Source: an uncultured delta proteobacterium (GTDB lineage: Bacteria > Desulfobacterota > Desulfuromonadia > Geobacterales > Geobacteraceae). Taken from it: 64,000 nucleotides of DNA. The stretch spans positions 59,346 through 123,345 of the forward strand of contig CAWFFO010000003.1 in assembly GCA_963815135.1 (NCBI GenBank), in the 5' to 3' direction. Positions 47,068 to 56,548 of this stretch are shown one piece after another (the first letter of the stretch is position 1; each line of letters opens with the position of its first letter). The position numbers and the translations under genes were made by a program. The notes beneath the pieces are model-generated. The model was not told the origin of the DNA. It worked only from the letters and a program-made list of their open reading frames with translations, and ran no database searches.

Positions 47068-47906
47068 AACATTCCAGGACCCTGTTCATATGTGCCTGCA
47101 TTGCCGCGGGTCTGTTCCTCCTGGTTTCACTTACCCTTATATTCATTCCGGACAGTGTAATCAGGGACTTTGTCGATCACAGCCTGCAAAACAATGGATT
47201 GACCATGCGAGCCGTGTATTTCGGCAAGGCGTTTCCGCTCGGCATCAAGGCACGCGGCCTGGAAATCAGCGATGCGCGCGGAAGACTGATCAAACTGGAT
47301 GATGCCGTTGCCCGTATCAGTATAACTTCGCTGCTGATCGGCCGGGTTGTAGTCAATTTTCATGCTGATATCGGCAATGGTTCAATCAAGGGAAGTTTTT
47401 CCCACCGAAGGGGTAACAGTTTTACCTTTCAGGCCAGAGATGTTCATCTGGAGGACATACCCTTTTTCCAAACAGTTACCGGAGCGCGGGTAAAGGGAAA
47501 CCTCAATACCGACGCCGTATTCCGGGAGGACGGGCCCATGCGCAATGGGGAAATTCGTCTGCTGATCAATGGAGCGGTTCTGAACGGCGTAAAAATCGGG
47601 GGGACACCGCTTCCTGATGCCTCTTACGAAACAGTGCAGGGGATGTACCGGCTGACCGGCAACAGGGGAACACTGGAAAGCCTTTCTCTGCAGGGCAAGG
47701 GAATCTATGTGCGTCTGAAGGGGGAAATCCCTTTCGTATCGCCACCCGGAGCGGCCCCGCTGAACCTGACCCTGGAGCTGATGCCCAAGCCGTCATTCCT
47801 GGAAAATCAGAAGTTCATCTTTCTTGTGCTCACCAAGTATCTGACGACTCCCGGACACTACCAGATTCCTATCCGGGGCACTCTGGCGAAACCTCTTATC
47901 CAATAG
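47064..47906 (+). CDS. gspN: GspN-like protein
   Basis: 280 aa with an N-terminal TM LFICACIAAGLFLLVSLTLIF. It is the last gene of the cluster. Assignment is by position and size. Confidence 0.55.
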   Translation: MKHSRTLFICACIAAGLFLLVSLTLIFIPDSVIRDFVDHSLQNNGLTMRAVYFGKAFPLGIKARGLEISDARGRLIKLDDAVARISITSLLIGRVVVNFHADIGNGSIKGSFSHRRGNSFTFQARDVHLEDIPFFQTVTGARVKGNLNTDAVFREDGPMRNGEIRLLINGAVLNGVKIGGTPLPDASYETVQGMYRLTGNRGTLESLSLQGKGIYVRLKGEIPFVSPPGAAPLNLTLELMPKPSFLENQKFIFLVLTKYLTTPGHYQIPIRGTLAKPLIQ

Positions 47907-49154
47907 TCATTTGCCGCTGCCGGAATCAAGCAGCCGGTTAACCCTCTCGACCATGGGCGGGTGTGAGTAGTATATCCTGGCGTACAGTGGATGGGGATGG
48001 AGGTTGGACAGATTTTCCCTGGTAAGTTTTATCAGAGCGGAAGCCAGTGCATCAGGCGTTCCTGTCAGTTCGGCAGCAAAGCGGTCCGCCTGCCATTCAT
48101 GCCTCCTGGACAGCCAGCTTGACAACGGTGCAAGGAAGAAGCCTGCCAGCGACGCCATAAAACCCAGAATCACCAGTTTAGCGGCAAAAGTGATACCTTC
48201 TTCATATCCCAGCAGCCCGGGCAGACCATGCCATTGCAAAAAATGGAAAGCCGAGAACAAAACCAACAGGCTTCCTGCTTCGGTAAATACGAGTGTTTTC
48301 ACCATGTGATGTTTCTTCCAGTGCCCTGCCTCATGGGCGAGAATTGCCAGAACCTCCCTGTTGTCCATCTGTTCAAGAAGTGTATCGAACAGCACTATCC
48401 GTTTCACCCTGCCTATCCCGGTAAAGTAAGCGTTGGAGTGACGGCTGCGGCGGGAGGCATCCACCTCCATGACGCGACTCACTTTCATACCCGCCTTCTC
48501 CATCAGGACGCGTAAATCATCTTCGAGACCTTCCTTGCTCACCGGTTTGAACTTGTAAAAAAGCGGTTCGATGACATAGGGAGATATATACATGAGGATA
48601 AGGGTCACCACTGCAAAGAATACCCACACCCAAAACCACCACAGGTGCGGGCTTTTATAAATGAGAAAGAAAGCCCCTCCGGTCAGGAGTGAGGTCAGAA
48701 TGACACCAATCGCCGCGGATTTGAAAAAATCTGCTATCCAGAGCTTCATTGTCATGGTATTGAAACCGTACCGGTTCTCGACGCGGAATGTTTCATACAG
48801 GTTGAATGGAATTTCAATTACCGACTGTGCGAGCAGGAGAACAATGAAAAACAGCACCCCTCCCATGACAAACGAATCAGTCATTGAGCGGATCCACCCG
48901 TCATAAATTCCCAGCAGGCCACCAAAGAGGAACGTCACAAGAATTATGTTGTCGGTTATCGACTCCACCAGGCCGACCCGGCTTTGTTCAAATGTATAGT
49001 CCGAGGTCTTGCGCAGGGTTTCCGGATCGATTGCCCCGGCAAAATTTGCAGGCACCTCGGATCCATGCCTTTTCAGATGACGGAGATTAAGATAACGAAG
49101 TGAATAGCCGATAACGAGTTCGAGAACATATACAAGCAAAAGTAGTATTTTCAT
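47907..49154 (-). CDS. M48-family zinc metallopeptidase (Ste24/HtpX-like)
   Basis: A multi-TM N-terminal region with HEAGHWKKHH (HExxH) and a downstream E....AD motif. Confidence 0.85.
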   Translation of the reverse strand: MKILLLLVYVLELVIGYSLRYLNLRHLKRHGSEVPANFAGAIDPETLRKTSDYTFEQSRVGLVESITDNIILVTFLFGGLLGIYDGWIRSMTDSFVMGGVLFFIVLLLAQSVIEIPFNLYETFRVENRYGFNTMTMKLWIADFFKSAAIGVILTSLLTGGAFFLIYKSPHLWWFWVWVFFAVVTLILMYISPYVIEPLFYKFKPVSKEGLEDDLRVLMEKAGMKVSRVMEVDASRRSRHSNAYFTGIGRVKRIVLFDTLLEQMDNREVLAILAHEAGHWKKHHMVKTLVFTEAGSLLVLFSAFHFLQWHGLPGLLGYEEGITFAAKLVILGFMASLAGFFLAPLSSWLSRRHEWQADRFAAELTGTPDALASALIKLTRENLSNLHPHPLYARIYYSHPPMVERVNRLLDSGSGK

Positions 49155-49561
49155 AATTCGGATAGTAAACGATTACGGGGCAAAACGTCAATAAATTGTC
49201 ATTTATTCGACAATATCGTCCCTGAGTTGATAACTTTCTCCCATATATTTGGAATTGCCTGTATACATTGCATCCGCTTCCACAAAAACTGTGAATATCT
49301 CTGTTGATAAAAGCCCGGCAATAAAAATAACGGTACCGGAATCATTGAATTTATGGCATTTTGCATATATTTTTTGCACTTTACCAGGTGATAAAAATTT
49401 AACTTGGCGAAATAAAATTTCTCCGGAATCACGCAATGAAGTTGCTGCAGCTGCAGCTGGAAAGCATGTCAAACTAACAGTCTTTTAGAATTTGTTTGAC
49501 TGATACTTCCAGTCTTTATAGATTAGGATCTCATTTCACAAATTCAAAGACGGGGGACCCA

Positions 49562-50833
49562 ATGCAGAACGACTATAACGGATTATGGAGCGAGCTTGGC
49601 CTCAACCTGGAAAATCACGCCGGCCTGTTGGGTGTGTTGTCCGATGCCTACAAGAACATCTATCTCACCCAGCAGAAAAGGCCGAAGGGTATGGAGTACT
49701 TCGATTTTGTGATTTCCGAAGTTCACGGCTTGCGTATCAAGGAAATCTATGAAGCAAAAGAAGCAGGGAAAAAGGTGATAGGAACCTTTTGTGTCTACGT
49801 CCCGGAAGAAATAATCCTGGCGGCAGGCGGAGTCGCCATCGGACTGTGCGCGGGTGCGGAAGTGGGAACCGAGGAAGCCGAAAAGTACATCCCGCGCAAC
49901 ACTTGCGCCCTGATAAAGGCTTTCATGGGTTTCAAGCTGGCGGGGCTTTGTCCATATGTGGAGCTCACCGACCTGATAGTAGGCGAAACCACCTGTGATG
50001 GAAAAAAGAAGGCGTACGAGATATTCGACGACATCACAGGGAAGGTTTACGTGATGGAACTTCCGAATATGAAAAGCGATGAAGGTAAACGTATGTGGCA
50101 TAATGAAGTGGTCCGGTTTCGGGAAAAGATGGAGGATCTCACGGGAAGCAAGATATCCCCAGAAAAAATGAAGCAGGGGGCCTCCCTGGTCAACGGCAAA
50201 CGCCGTGCTCTCCAGCGTCTGAGCAGGCTGCGCGAGGCCGACCCTGCGCCCATTTCCGGGCTGGACGCACTCCTCGTCAACCAGGTTTCCTTTTATGATG
50301 ACCCGGTCAGGTTCACGGAAATGACCAACAGACTATGCGACGAACTGGAGGAAAGGGTCAGAGAGGGAATAGGCATAGCCCCGAAGGGAGCTCCGCGCAT
50401 CCTTATATCCGGCTCTCCGATGGCCATTCCCAACTGGAAGCTCCACGCCATCATCGAAGGGAGTGGCGCCGTAGTGGTTGGCGAGGAATCCTGTGTCGGT
50501 GAACGAAACCACCGTGACCTGCTGGACGAAGATTTTGCAACCGTTGACGAGGCGCTGGAAAAGATGGCCGGTCGTTACATGAAGATCGACTGCGCCTGTT
50601 TCACACCGAACAACGAACGGCTCGACAATGTCCGGGCCTTGACTACCCGTCTCAAGGCGGACGGCATCATCCACTATGCGCTGCAATTCTGCACCCCGTA
50701 TATGGTGGAAGCCCATAAAGTTGAAAGTGCGGTCGGCGACACACCGTTCCTGCGTATCGAGACCGACTACGGCATGGAGGATTTCGGCCAGCTCAAAACC
50801 AGGATCCAGGCTTTTCTGGAAATGATCGAATGA
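49562..50833 (+). CDS. 2-hydroxyacyl-CoA dehydratase / benzoyl-CoA reductase BcrC-BadD-HgdB family protein encoded as a single subunit
   Basis: About 423 aa from ATG 49562. Family-typical Cys-containing stretches: GTFCVYVPEE, RNTCALIKAF, GETTCDGKKK, EESCVGERN and IDCACFTPNN. It is followed by an activase. Confidence 0.8.
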   Translation: MQNDYNGLWSELGLNLENHAGLLGVLSDAYKNIYLTQQKRPKGMEYFDFVISEVHGLRIKEIYEAKEAGKKVIGTFCVYVPEEIILAAGGVAIGLCAGAEVGTEEAEKYIPRNTCALIKAFMGFKLAGLCPYVELTDLIVGETTCDGKKKAYEIFDDITGKVYVMELPNMKSDEGKRMWHNEVVRFREKMEDLTGSKISPEKMKQGASLVNGKRRALQRLSRLREADPAPISGLDALLVNQVSFYDDPVRFTEMTNRLCDELEERVREGIGIAPKGAPRILISGSPMAIPNWKLHAIIEGSGAVVVGEESCVGERNHRDLLDEDFATVDEALEKMAGRYMKIDCACFTPNNERLDNVRALTTRLKADGIIHYALQFCTPYMVEAHKVESAVGDTPFLRIETDYGMEDFGQLKTRIQAFLEMIE

Positions 50834-51588
50834 ATGCACTCGGGATTGATATAGGTTCCCGCTTTATCAAGGCAGCCCTTGTTCGCGGGGGACAACTCGT
50901 TTCCTGGAGGAAAACCGATACATCCTTCAACCCCTTGGAGCGATGCTCCCAACTGCTGCAGGAATTGGCCGCGACGCGGGTCGTCGCCACCGGTTACGGC
51001 AGACATCTTCTGGAGGTTCACGGGGACATAAGATCCATCACTGAGATAAAAGCCTTCGCCATGGGGGCAAAATCCTGCTTCCCGGCATGCCGGACGATTA
51101 TCGACATCGGCGGCCAGGACACCAAGGTAATCTGCCTTGATGAAAGGGGAAATGTCCGAAAATTCGAGATGAACGACAGGTGTGCCGCAGGAACCGGAAA
51201 ATTTCTCGAAATAATGGCTGGAAGCCTGGGCTATTCAATCGAAGAGTTCGGTTCGCTGACTGAAACCGATGCGGCCGTGATGCAGCTTAACAGCATGTGT
51301 ACGGTTTTTGCCGAATCCGAAGCAGTCTCGCTCATTGCTAAAGGAGTCTCCCGGGAGAAGATCGCCATGGCCGTCCACAGGTCGGTTGCAGCACGGGTAA
51401 CAGCCATGGCAGGACGTCTCCCACTTCATGAAGACGTGGTTTTCGCCGGTGGTTGCGCCGGGAACCTGGCCCTGGCAACCATGATCGGCGAGGGGTTGGG
51501 AAAAGTACTGAAGTCCGCGCCCATGGCCGAATTTACCGGCGCATTGGGAGCGGCGCTTTACGCCGAACAAGATCCTGCAAAGTCCTGA
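50830..51588 (+). CDS. Acyl-CoA dehydratase activase (BcrAD/BadFG/HgdC ATPase family)
   Basis: LGIDIGSRFIKAAL (ASKHA phosphate 1), DIGGQDTKVI, and NDRCAAGTGKFLE with the cluster-bridging Cys. It overlaps the upstream gene by 4 nt. Confidence 0.85.
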   Translation: MNALGIDIGSRFIKAALVRGGQLVSWRKTDTSFNPLERCSQLLQELAATRVVATGYGRHLLEVHGDIRSITEIKAFAMGAKSCFPACRTIIDIGGQDTKVICLDERGNVRKFEMNDRCAAGTGKFLEIMAGSLGYSIEEFGSLTETDAAVMQLNSMCTVFAESEAVSLIAKGVSREKIAMAVHRSVAARVTAMAGRLPLHEDVVFAGGCAGNLALATMIGEGLGKVLKSAPMAEFTGALGAALYAEQDPAKS

Positions 51589-51626
51589 GGCCGCAAAGCA
51601 CCGGGACCCGGTAACCCGCCGGAAAT

Positions 51627-51662
51627 GGAAAAGGCGTTGAAGATCGATTCAGCGCCTTTTCC
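51627..51662. terminator. Bidirectional terminator hairpin between the convergent activase gene and hcp
   Basis: GGAAAAGGCG (51627-51636) pairs with CGCCTTTTCC (51653-51662) around a 16-nt loop. Confidence 0.6.
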
Positions 51663-51688
51663 TGAGTTTGCCGTTTTTTCAAGAGTCG

Positions 51689-53341
51689 TCAATCGCCCAA
51701 CGCCTTCTTCAGGTCGGCTTCCGGCGTCGTGATCTGGCCGATGTTGAAGTTTTCCACCAGGAAGTTGAGAACATTGGGGGTGATGTAGGCCGGCAGTGCC
51801 GGGCCGATTTTGATGTTCTTTATACCCAGGGCAAGCAGCGTGAGCAGAATGACGTGCGCCTTCTGTTCGTACCAGGAGAGGATGATCGACAGAGGCAGAT
51901 CGTTCACCCCGCAATTGAAGGCATTGGCAAGGGCAAGAGCAATCTGGATCGCCGAATAGGCGTCATTGCACTGTCCCACATCCAAGAGCCGCGGGATGCC
52001 TCCGATGTCTCCGAAGTCCAGTTTGTTGAAGCGATATTTGCCGCAGGCGAGCGTCAGGATAATGCAATCTTTCGGTGCCTTCTCCGCCAGTTCGGTGTAG
52101 TAGTTCCTTCCCGGCTTCGCGCCGTCACAACCGCCAATCAGGAAGAAGTGTTTCACCGCTCCGGTCCTGACCGCCTCGATCACCTTGTCCGCAACGCCCA
52201 GTACTGTGTTGTGGCCGAAACCGACCAGGATTTCCTTGCCCGGTGCCTCCGGAAGATCCGGACATTCCAGTGCCTTGTTGATCACCTCGCTGAAATCCCA
52301 GTTGCCGATATGCTTGATCCCTGGCCACCCGACCTGCCCCCAGGTGAACAGCCGGTCCTTATAGTTTTCTGCCGGACGCTGGATGCAGTTGGTGTTGAAA
52401 ATAATGGCACCGGGGAAATCGGGGAATTCCTTGTACTGGTCCTGCCATGCACCCCCGAAGTTACCGTACAAATGAGGGTATTTCTTCAGCCCGGGATAAC
52501 CGTGGGCCGGCAGCATCTCGCTGTGGGTGTAAATATCGATCCCTTTCCCATCGGTCTGCACGAGAAGCTCTTCAAGCATACGCAAGTCATGGCCGGAGAC
52601 GAGTATTGCCTTGTTTCTCCTCGTACCCAATTGCACCCTGGTAGGCACCGGATGGCCGAAGCGTTCCACATGGCCCGCGTTGAGCATTCCCATGACTTTG
52701 AGATTCATCTTGCCGATTTCCATGGCCAGGCCGACAAAATCCATCAGTCCCTTTGACCTGTCGGCAGTAGCTGCCAGAGTCTTGTGGTAAAAAGCGAAGA
52801 CCTCTTCTTCCTTTTTCCCGAGAATATAGGAGTGGTCGGCATATGCCGCCATCCCCTTCAAGCCGAAAACGACGATTTCTATGGCAGACAGGATGTCCGG
52901 GTCGCTGTGCTGTGTTTTGACACCATGCTCACGTCCCTGCCTGACGAGCCCCTCCAGATCGTCTGCGATTACCCATGTTGCGGGGCCGTCGCTAATCTGC
53001 GGTGCATGATGGCCGTTTTTTTCACGGTAGGCCGTTTCATACCTTGCCTTGGCTTTTTCCTTAAGGTCATAGCATTTGCGAAGCTTGGCGGCGATCTGTA
53101 CCGGGTCGAAATCCACATTGGTTACCGTGGTGAAAAGGCCCTCGAACATGAAGAGGTCTATCTCCTGGTCTTTCGCCCCGAAGTCGCGTGCCTTGTCAGC
53201 ATAGACCGCGAGTCCCTTCAAGCCATACAGCATCAGATCCTGGAGTGCAGCCACCTCGGGGTTCTTGCCGCAGACACCCATTATATCGCAACCGATGCCT
53301 TTTGAGGCCTGTTCACACTGGTTGCAAAACATCTCAGACAT
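51689..53341 (-). CDS. hcp: Hybrid-cluster protein / hydroxylamine reductase
   Basis: MFCNQCEQASKGIGCDIMGVCGK (the N-terminal Cys cluster). 550 aa, full-length Hcp pattern. Confidence 0.95.
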   Translation of the reverse strand: MSEMFCNQCEQASKGIGCDIMGVCGKNPEVAALQDLMLYGLKGLAVYADKARDFGAKDQEIDLFMFEGLFTTVTNVDFDPVQIAAKLRKCYDLKEKAKARYETAYREKNGHHAPQISDGPATWVIADDLEGLVRQGREHGVKTQHSDPDILSAIEIVVFGLKGMAAYADHSYILGKKEEEVFAFYHKTLAATADRSKGLMDFVGLAMEIGKMNLKVMGMLNAGHVERFGHPVPTRVQLGTRRNKAILVSGHDLRMLEELLVQTDGKGIDIYTHSEMLPAHGYPGLKKYPHLYGNFGGAWQDQYKEFPDFPGAIIFNTNCIQRPAENYKDRLFTWGQVGWPGIKHIGNWDFSEVINKALECPDLPEAPGKEILVGFGHNTVLGVADKVIEAVRTGAVKHFFLIGGCDGAKPGRNYYTELAEKAPKDCIILTLACGKYRFNKLDFGDIGGIPRLLDVGQCNDAYSAIQIALALANAFNCGVNDLPLSIILSWYEQKAHVILLTLLALGIKNIKIGPALPAYITPNVLNFLVENFNIGQITTPEADLKKALGD

Positions 53342-53653
53342 GATATACCTCCTTTAAGCCTTGGAAATTTTTCCGGTTTTTGTCACTTTTAAAAATATAC
53401 ATGGCAAGCTCTTTTTTTCAACTCGAGTCAGGAAATTTGACCGGGCGCATTTCCGCAATTAACCGTCGGTTGTAAACCAAAAACATCTTAAGGCGTAAAA
53501 TGGACTAAACACATTTATTTCCACCAAAATAAATTATACTTTCAAAAACAATTCGAGCGACCTCACCTGGAAGCTTAATTATGGCAGAACTTCAGAAGAA
53601 CTTTTTTCATCGGACCGGCAGCAGCCGGTTCCAACCATGAAGGAGGAACAAAC

Positions 53654-54340
53654 ATGAAAAGGAGTATTATCGTTTTTGCAGCCATGGCCGCACTTATGAT
53701 CCCTTCAATATGCTCGGCGGCCCCGCCGCGTCCCGGTCCGTATGTGTCGGGTTTCGCCGGCATAAGTGTCCCCAGGGATACCGAACCGAATACCACTGCC
53801 TATTCTTCCTCTGGAACTTCCACCTTCAACGACAGTGTCGAGTTCGACCCCGGCGTCTACACCGGGGGCACAGTCGGTTTCGACTACGGCTTCCTCCGAC
53901 TGGAGGGAGAGCTTTCTTACAGGTACTCGGATATAAAATCCGTAACCGACAAGAACACCTCTTTTAGTTTCCATGACGTAGACGGGAATCTCGGGGCTCT
54001 GTCCATGATGGCCAATGCATTCTTCGACCTGCACAACCCCTCCCCCATCACCCCTTATGTCGGTGGCGGCGTCGGCTTCGCCGTGCTGCATATGGACAGC
54101 ACTACAGGAGTCGATTCGACAGGAACCAGAGTCCTTTTATACCCCAGTGACGACAATGCTGTTTTTGCCTACCAGGTGGGCGCGGGTATGGAGATTGCCC
54201 TTAATCCGATCGTTTCACTTGATGTCGGATACCGCTACTTCGGCACTGACAGTGCCAGGTTCGAGTCCGATTCTCTCAGCACATCAAATGTGAAACTTGA
54301 AAGCCACAATGCCCTGGTGGGAGTCAGGGTGAAATTCTGA
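53654..54340 (+). CDS. Outer-membrane beta-barrel protein (OmpA-like/OmpW-like 8-strand class)
   Basis: Signal peptide MKRSIIVFAAMAALMIPSICSA. Alternating-hydrophobic beta strands end with the terminal VGVRVKF. Confidence 0.7.
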   Translation: MKRSIIVFAAMAALMIPSICSAAPPRPGPYVSGFAGISVPRDTEPNTTAYSSSGTSTFNDSVEFDPGVYTGGTVGFDYGFLRLEGELSYRYSDIKSVTDKNTSFSFHDVDGNLGALSMMANAFFDLHNPSPITPYVGGGVGFAVLHMDSTTGVDSTGTRVLLYPSDDNAVFAYQVGAGMEIALNPIVSLDVGYRYFGTDSARFESDSLSTSNVKLESHNALVGVRVKF

Positions 54341-54366
54341 AGCAGTTTATTGCCGTTAAACAACAA

Positions 54367-54397
54367 AGCCGCTGTCTTTTCCTGCAGCGGCTTTTTT
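54367..54397 (+). terminator. Intrinsic terminator after the OMP gene
   Basis: GCCGCTG (54367-54373) pairs with CAGCGGC (54384-54390), followed by T7. Confidence 0.8.
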
Positions 54398-54442
54398 TAT
54401 TTGCCTCATTCCTGATTTTGCATTTTAAGTAAGAGAACGGGG

Positions 54443-55009
54443 TCAGATAAAGCTGTTCGAGCGTAACATTTCGGCGATTGCCTTCGCGATCCTGCCGTAG
54501 CCTCTGGCGTTTGGGTGAAGCAAATCTGATTTCAAGGACGGATCGGCAAGAACATCGGCAACCGTGTCGCGATCGAAGGGAATGTTGAATTCAGCCGACA
54601 CTTTTGCATAGAATGGCGGCTTTGATGTAAAGAGCGTCGGATACGGAATTCCGACAAGAACCACATGCGCCCTGAATTGATGTACTATACGAATCATTTC
54701 TCTTATATTTTCGGATACCTGAAGTTCCCCGAAGCCCTGGTTCAGGTCGTTTGCGCCATGGCACAGGATAACGAGCGAAGGTCGAATCTCCTCCAGTACC
54801 AAAGGCAGCCGTGCCAGCCCCCTTTCCGTATCCTCTCCGGGGACGCCCGCATTAACCACCCTGCGGGAAACAAGCCTTTCCAGCTGTGCCGGGTAGCTCA
54901 GTTCCGTTGCCGCTCCGGTCCCGAACGTCAGGCTGTCACCGAAAGCCAGTATCACCGGGTCTTCAGCAAGAAAATCGGGATCTGCGTTTGTATCTTTCTT
55001 TTCATTCAT
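54443..55009 (-). CDS. SGNH/GDSL-family hydrolase (arylesterase/TesA-like)
   Basis: Block I is FGDSLTFG, block III is GANDL and block V is DLLHPN. The start is taken at ATG 55009, with an AGGAG-like RBS upstream. Confidence 0.8.
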   Translation of the reverse strand: MNEKKDTNADPDFLAEDPVILAFGDSLTFGTGAATELSYPAQLERLVSRRVVNAGVPGEDTERGLARLPLVLEEIRPSLVILCHGANDLNQGFGELQVSENIREMIRIVHQFRAHVVLVGIPYPTLFTSKPPFYAKVSAEFNIPFDRDTVADVLADPSLKSDLLHPNARGYGRIAKAIAEMLRSNSFI

Positions 55010-55090
55010 TCCCCCACTCCTGTCATTCTCTTCACTCAATCTTATTACACAACTGAATATCCGTGAACTACTATTACGGAATGCGGGCAA

Positions 55091-55128
55091 ACGAAAGGCC
55101 GCAATCTCATCGAGATGCGGCCTTTCGT
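55091..55128 (-). terminator. Terminator-like 13-bp hairpin downstream of the DEAD-box helicase gene
   Basis: ACGAAAGGCCGCA (55091-55103) pairs with TGCGGCCTTTCGT (55116-55128). There is no strong T-run on either side. Confidence 0.45.
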
Positions 55129-55186
55129 TATGATTATGCCACGGCGATTTGTTTTTTTAAATTAAAGGCATTTACCGCCTTTTAAT

Positions 55187-56548
55187 TCAGTTCGACCGGT
55201 TTGCGGCTTGCCCCGAAGCGCTCCTTCGATACTCAACGACAACAGGTTTCTGGCTTCTTGCCGTACTTTTCCTACCGGCAGAACCATTGCCTCCATTACG
55301 GTTGACATCACCACCGCGGCCCTTCGCCTGGGATGAAGAAAACCTTCTTGCATTCTTGCCGGCCCCGGCCTGACCCTTGCCTTTCCGTCTCGCCACAGCA
55401 GTTTCCAGCGGCCGGACTGCCTCCAGACCGGGAATTGCATGATGGGGGATGGATTGCCCGATATAGCGCTCTATTCTTTTCAGGCAATCGACCTCTTTGT
55501 TCGACACGAAGGAGATGGCAACACCCGAAGCGCCCGCACGTCCTGTACGCCCGATACGATGGACATAATCTTCAGCAAATTTCGGCAAATCGAAATTTAT
55601 CACATGGCTGATCCCTGCAACGTCCAGCCCCCGCGCCGCGACATCGGTTGCGACAAGCAGCCTGATCTTGCCCCTGCGCATATCGGTAATGGTGCGGTTG
55701 CGGGCATTCTGCTTCATATCGCCGTGCAGGGCCGCCGCTGCATATCCCTCGGAACGGAGTCTGACGGCAATGTCATCGGCATCACGCTTGGTCGCCGAAA
55801 AGACGATCGCCCTGGTCAGGTCCCCGTCATCGATAAGATGCTTGAGCATGCTTGTTTTGTGTTTAAGATCATCAGCAACAAGAAGGCGCTGTTCGATGTT
55901 CTCATGACCGGATTTCTGGGCTGCAATCAGAACCATTTCCGGCTGATTAAGTATTCCCTGCGCGAGTCTTTCAATCCGTGCATCCAGCGTGGCTGAAAAC
56001 AGCAGAGTCTGACGGTCTGCAGGCGTTGCACCGGCAATCCTTTCGACATCTTCGATGAAACCCATGTCTAGCATGCGGTCGGCTTCGTCGAGCACCAGCA
56101 GTTCAATACGGGACAAGTTGATACGGCCTCTTTCCAGGTGGTCATTGAGGCGGCCGGGGGTGGCAACTACCAGGTCGAGCGGCTGAGACAGAAGCCTCAA
56201 CTGTTCCCGGTAAGGCATGCCGCCGAGAATGGTTGCCGTTCTCAGACGCATGTACTTTCCATACTGGCGGGCAGCTTCGCTGACCTGGTTAGCCAGTTCG
56301 CGGGTAGGAGTAAGAACCAGAATCCGCGGACCGCGGTTTTTCACCATCGGCTTGGTACTCAATAGCTGCAGGGCCGGAAGGATGAAAGCGGCCGTCTTGC
56401 CGGTTCCGGTCTGGGCCGAGGCGATAAGGTCGCGTCCGGCAAGGGCGATGGGCACAGCCTGCTCCTGTATCGGTGTAGGTGAGGTATAACCGCATTCGTT
56501 GACGGCCTTCAGGATGTTAGGCGCAAGCTGCAATTTTTCAAATGACAT
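55187..56548 (-). CDS. DEAD-box ATP-dependent RNA helicase (RhlE-like) with a basic C-terminal tail
   Basis: The Q motif, AQTGTGKT, DEAD, SAT and HRIGRTGRAG are all present. The C-terminal tail is Arg/Gly/Lys-rich. Confidence 0.95.
   Translation of the reverse strand: MSFEKLQLAPNILKAVNECGYTSPTPIQEQAVPIALAGRDLIASAQTGTGKTAAFILPALQLLSTKPMVKNRGPRILVLTPTRELANQVSEAARQYGKYMRLRTATILGGMPYREQLRLLSQPLDLVVATPGRLNDHLERGRINLSRIELLVLDEADRMLDMGFIEDVERIAGATPADRQTLLFSATLDARIERLAQGILNQPEMVLIAAQKSGHENIEQRLLVADDLKHKTSMLKHLIDDGDLTRAIVFSATKRDADDIAVRLRSEGYAAAALHGDMKQNARNRTITDMRRGKIRLLVATDVAARGLDVAGISHVINFDLPKFAEDYVHRIGRTGRAGASGVAISFVSNKEVDCLKRIERYIGQSIPHHAIPGLEAVRPLETAVARRKGKGQAGAGKNARRFSSSQAKGRGGDVNRNGGNGSAGRKSTARSQKPVVVEYRRSASGQAANRSN

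Noticed and set aside
51668-52756. A long antisense ORF (362 aa) opposite hcp. Similar cases lie opposite cheA (24272-25177), lon (29935-30867), gspE (39815-40501) and the ThiF-like gene (16696-17379).
   Set aside because: These are typical shadow ORFs of GC-biased coding regions. They have no motifs and skewed composition, and the opposite strand encodes unmistakable conserved proteins.
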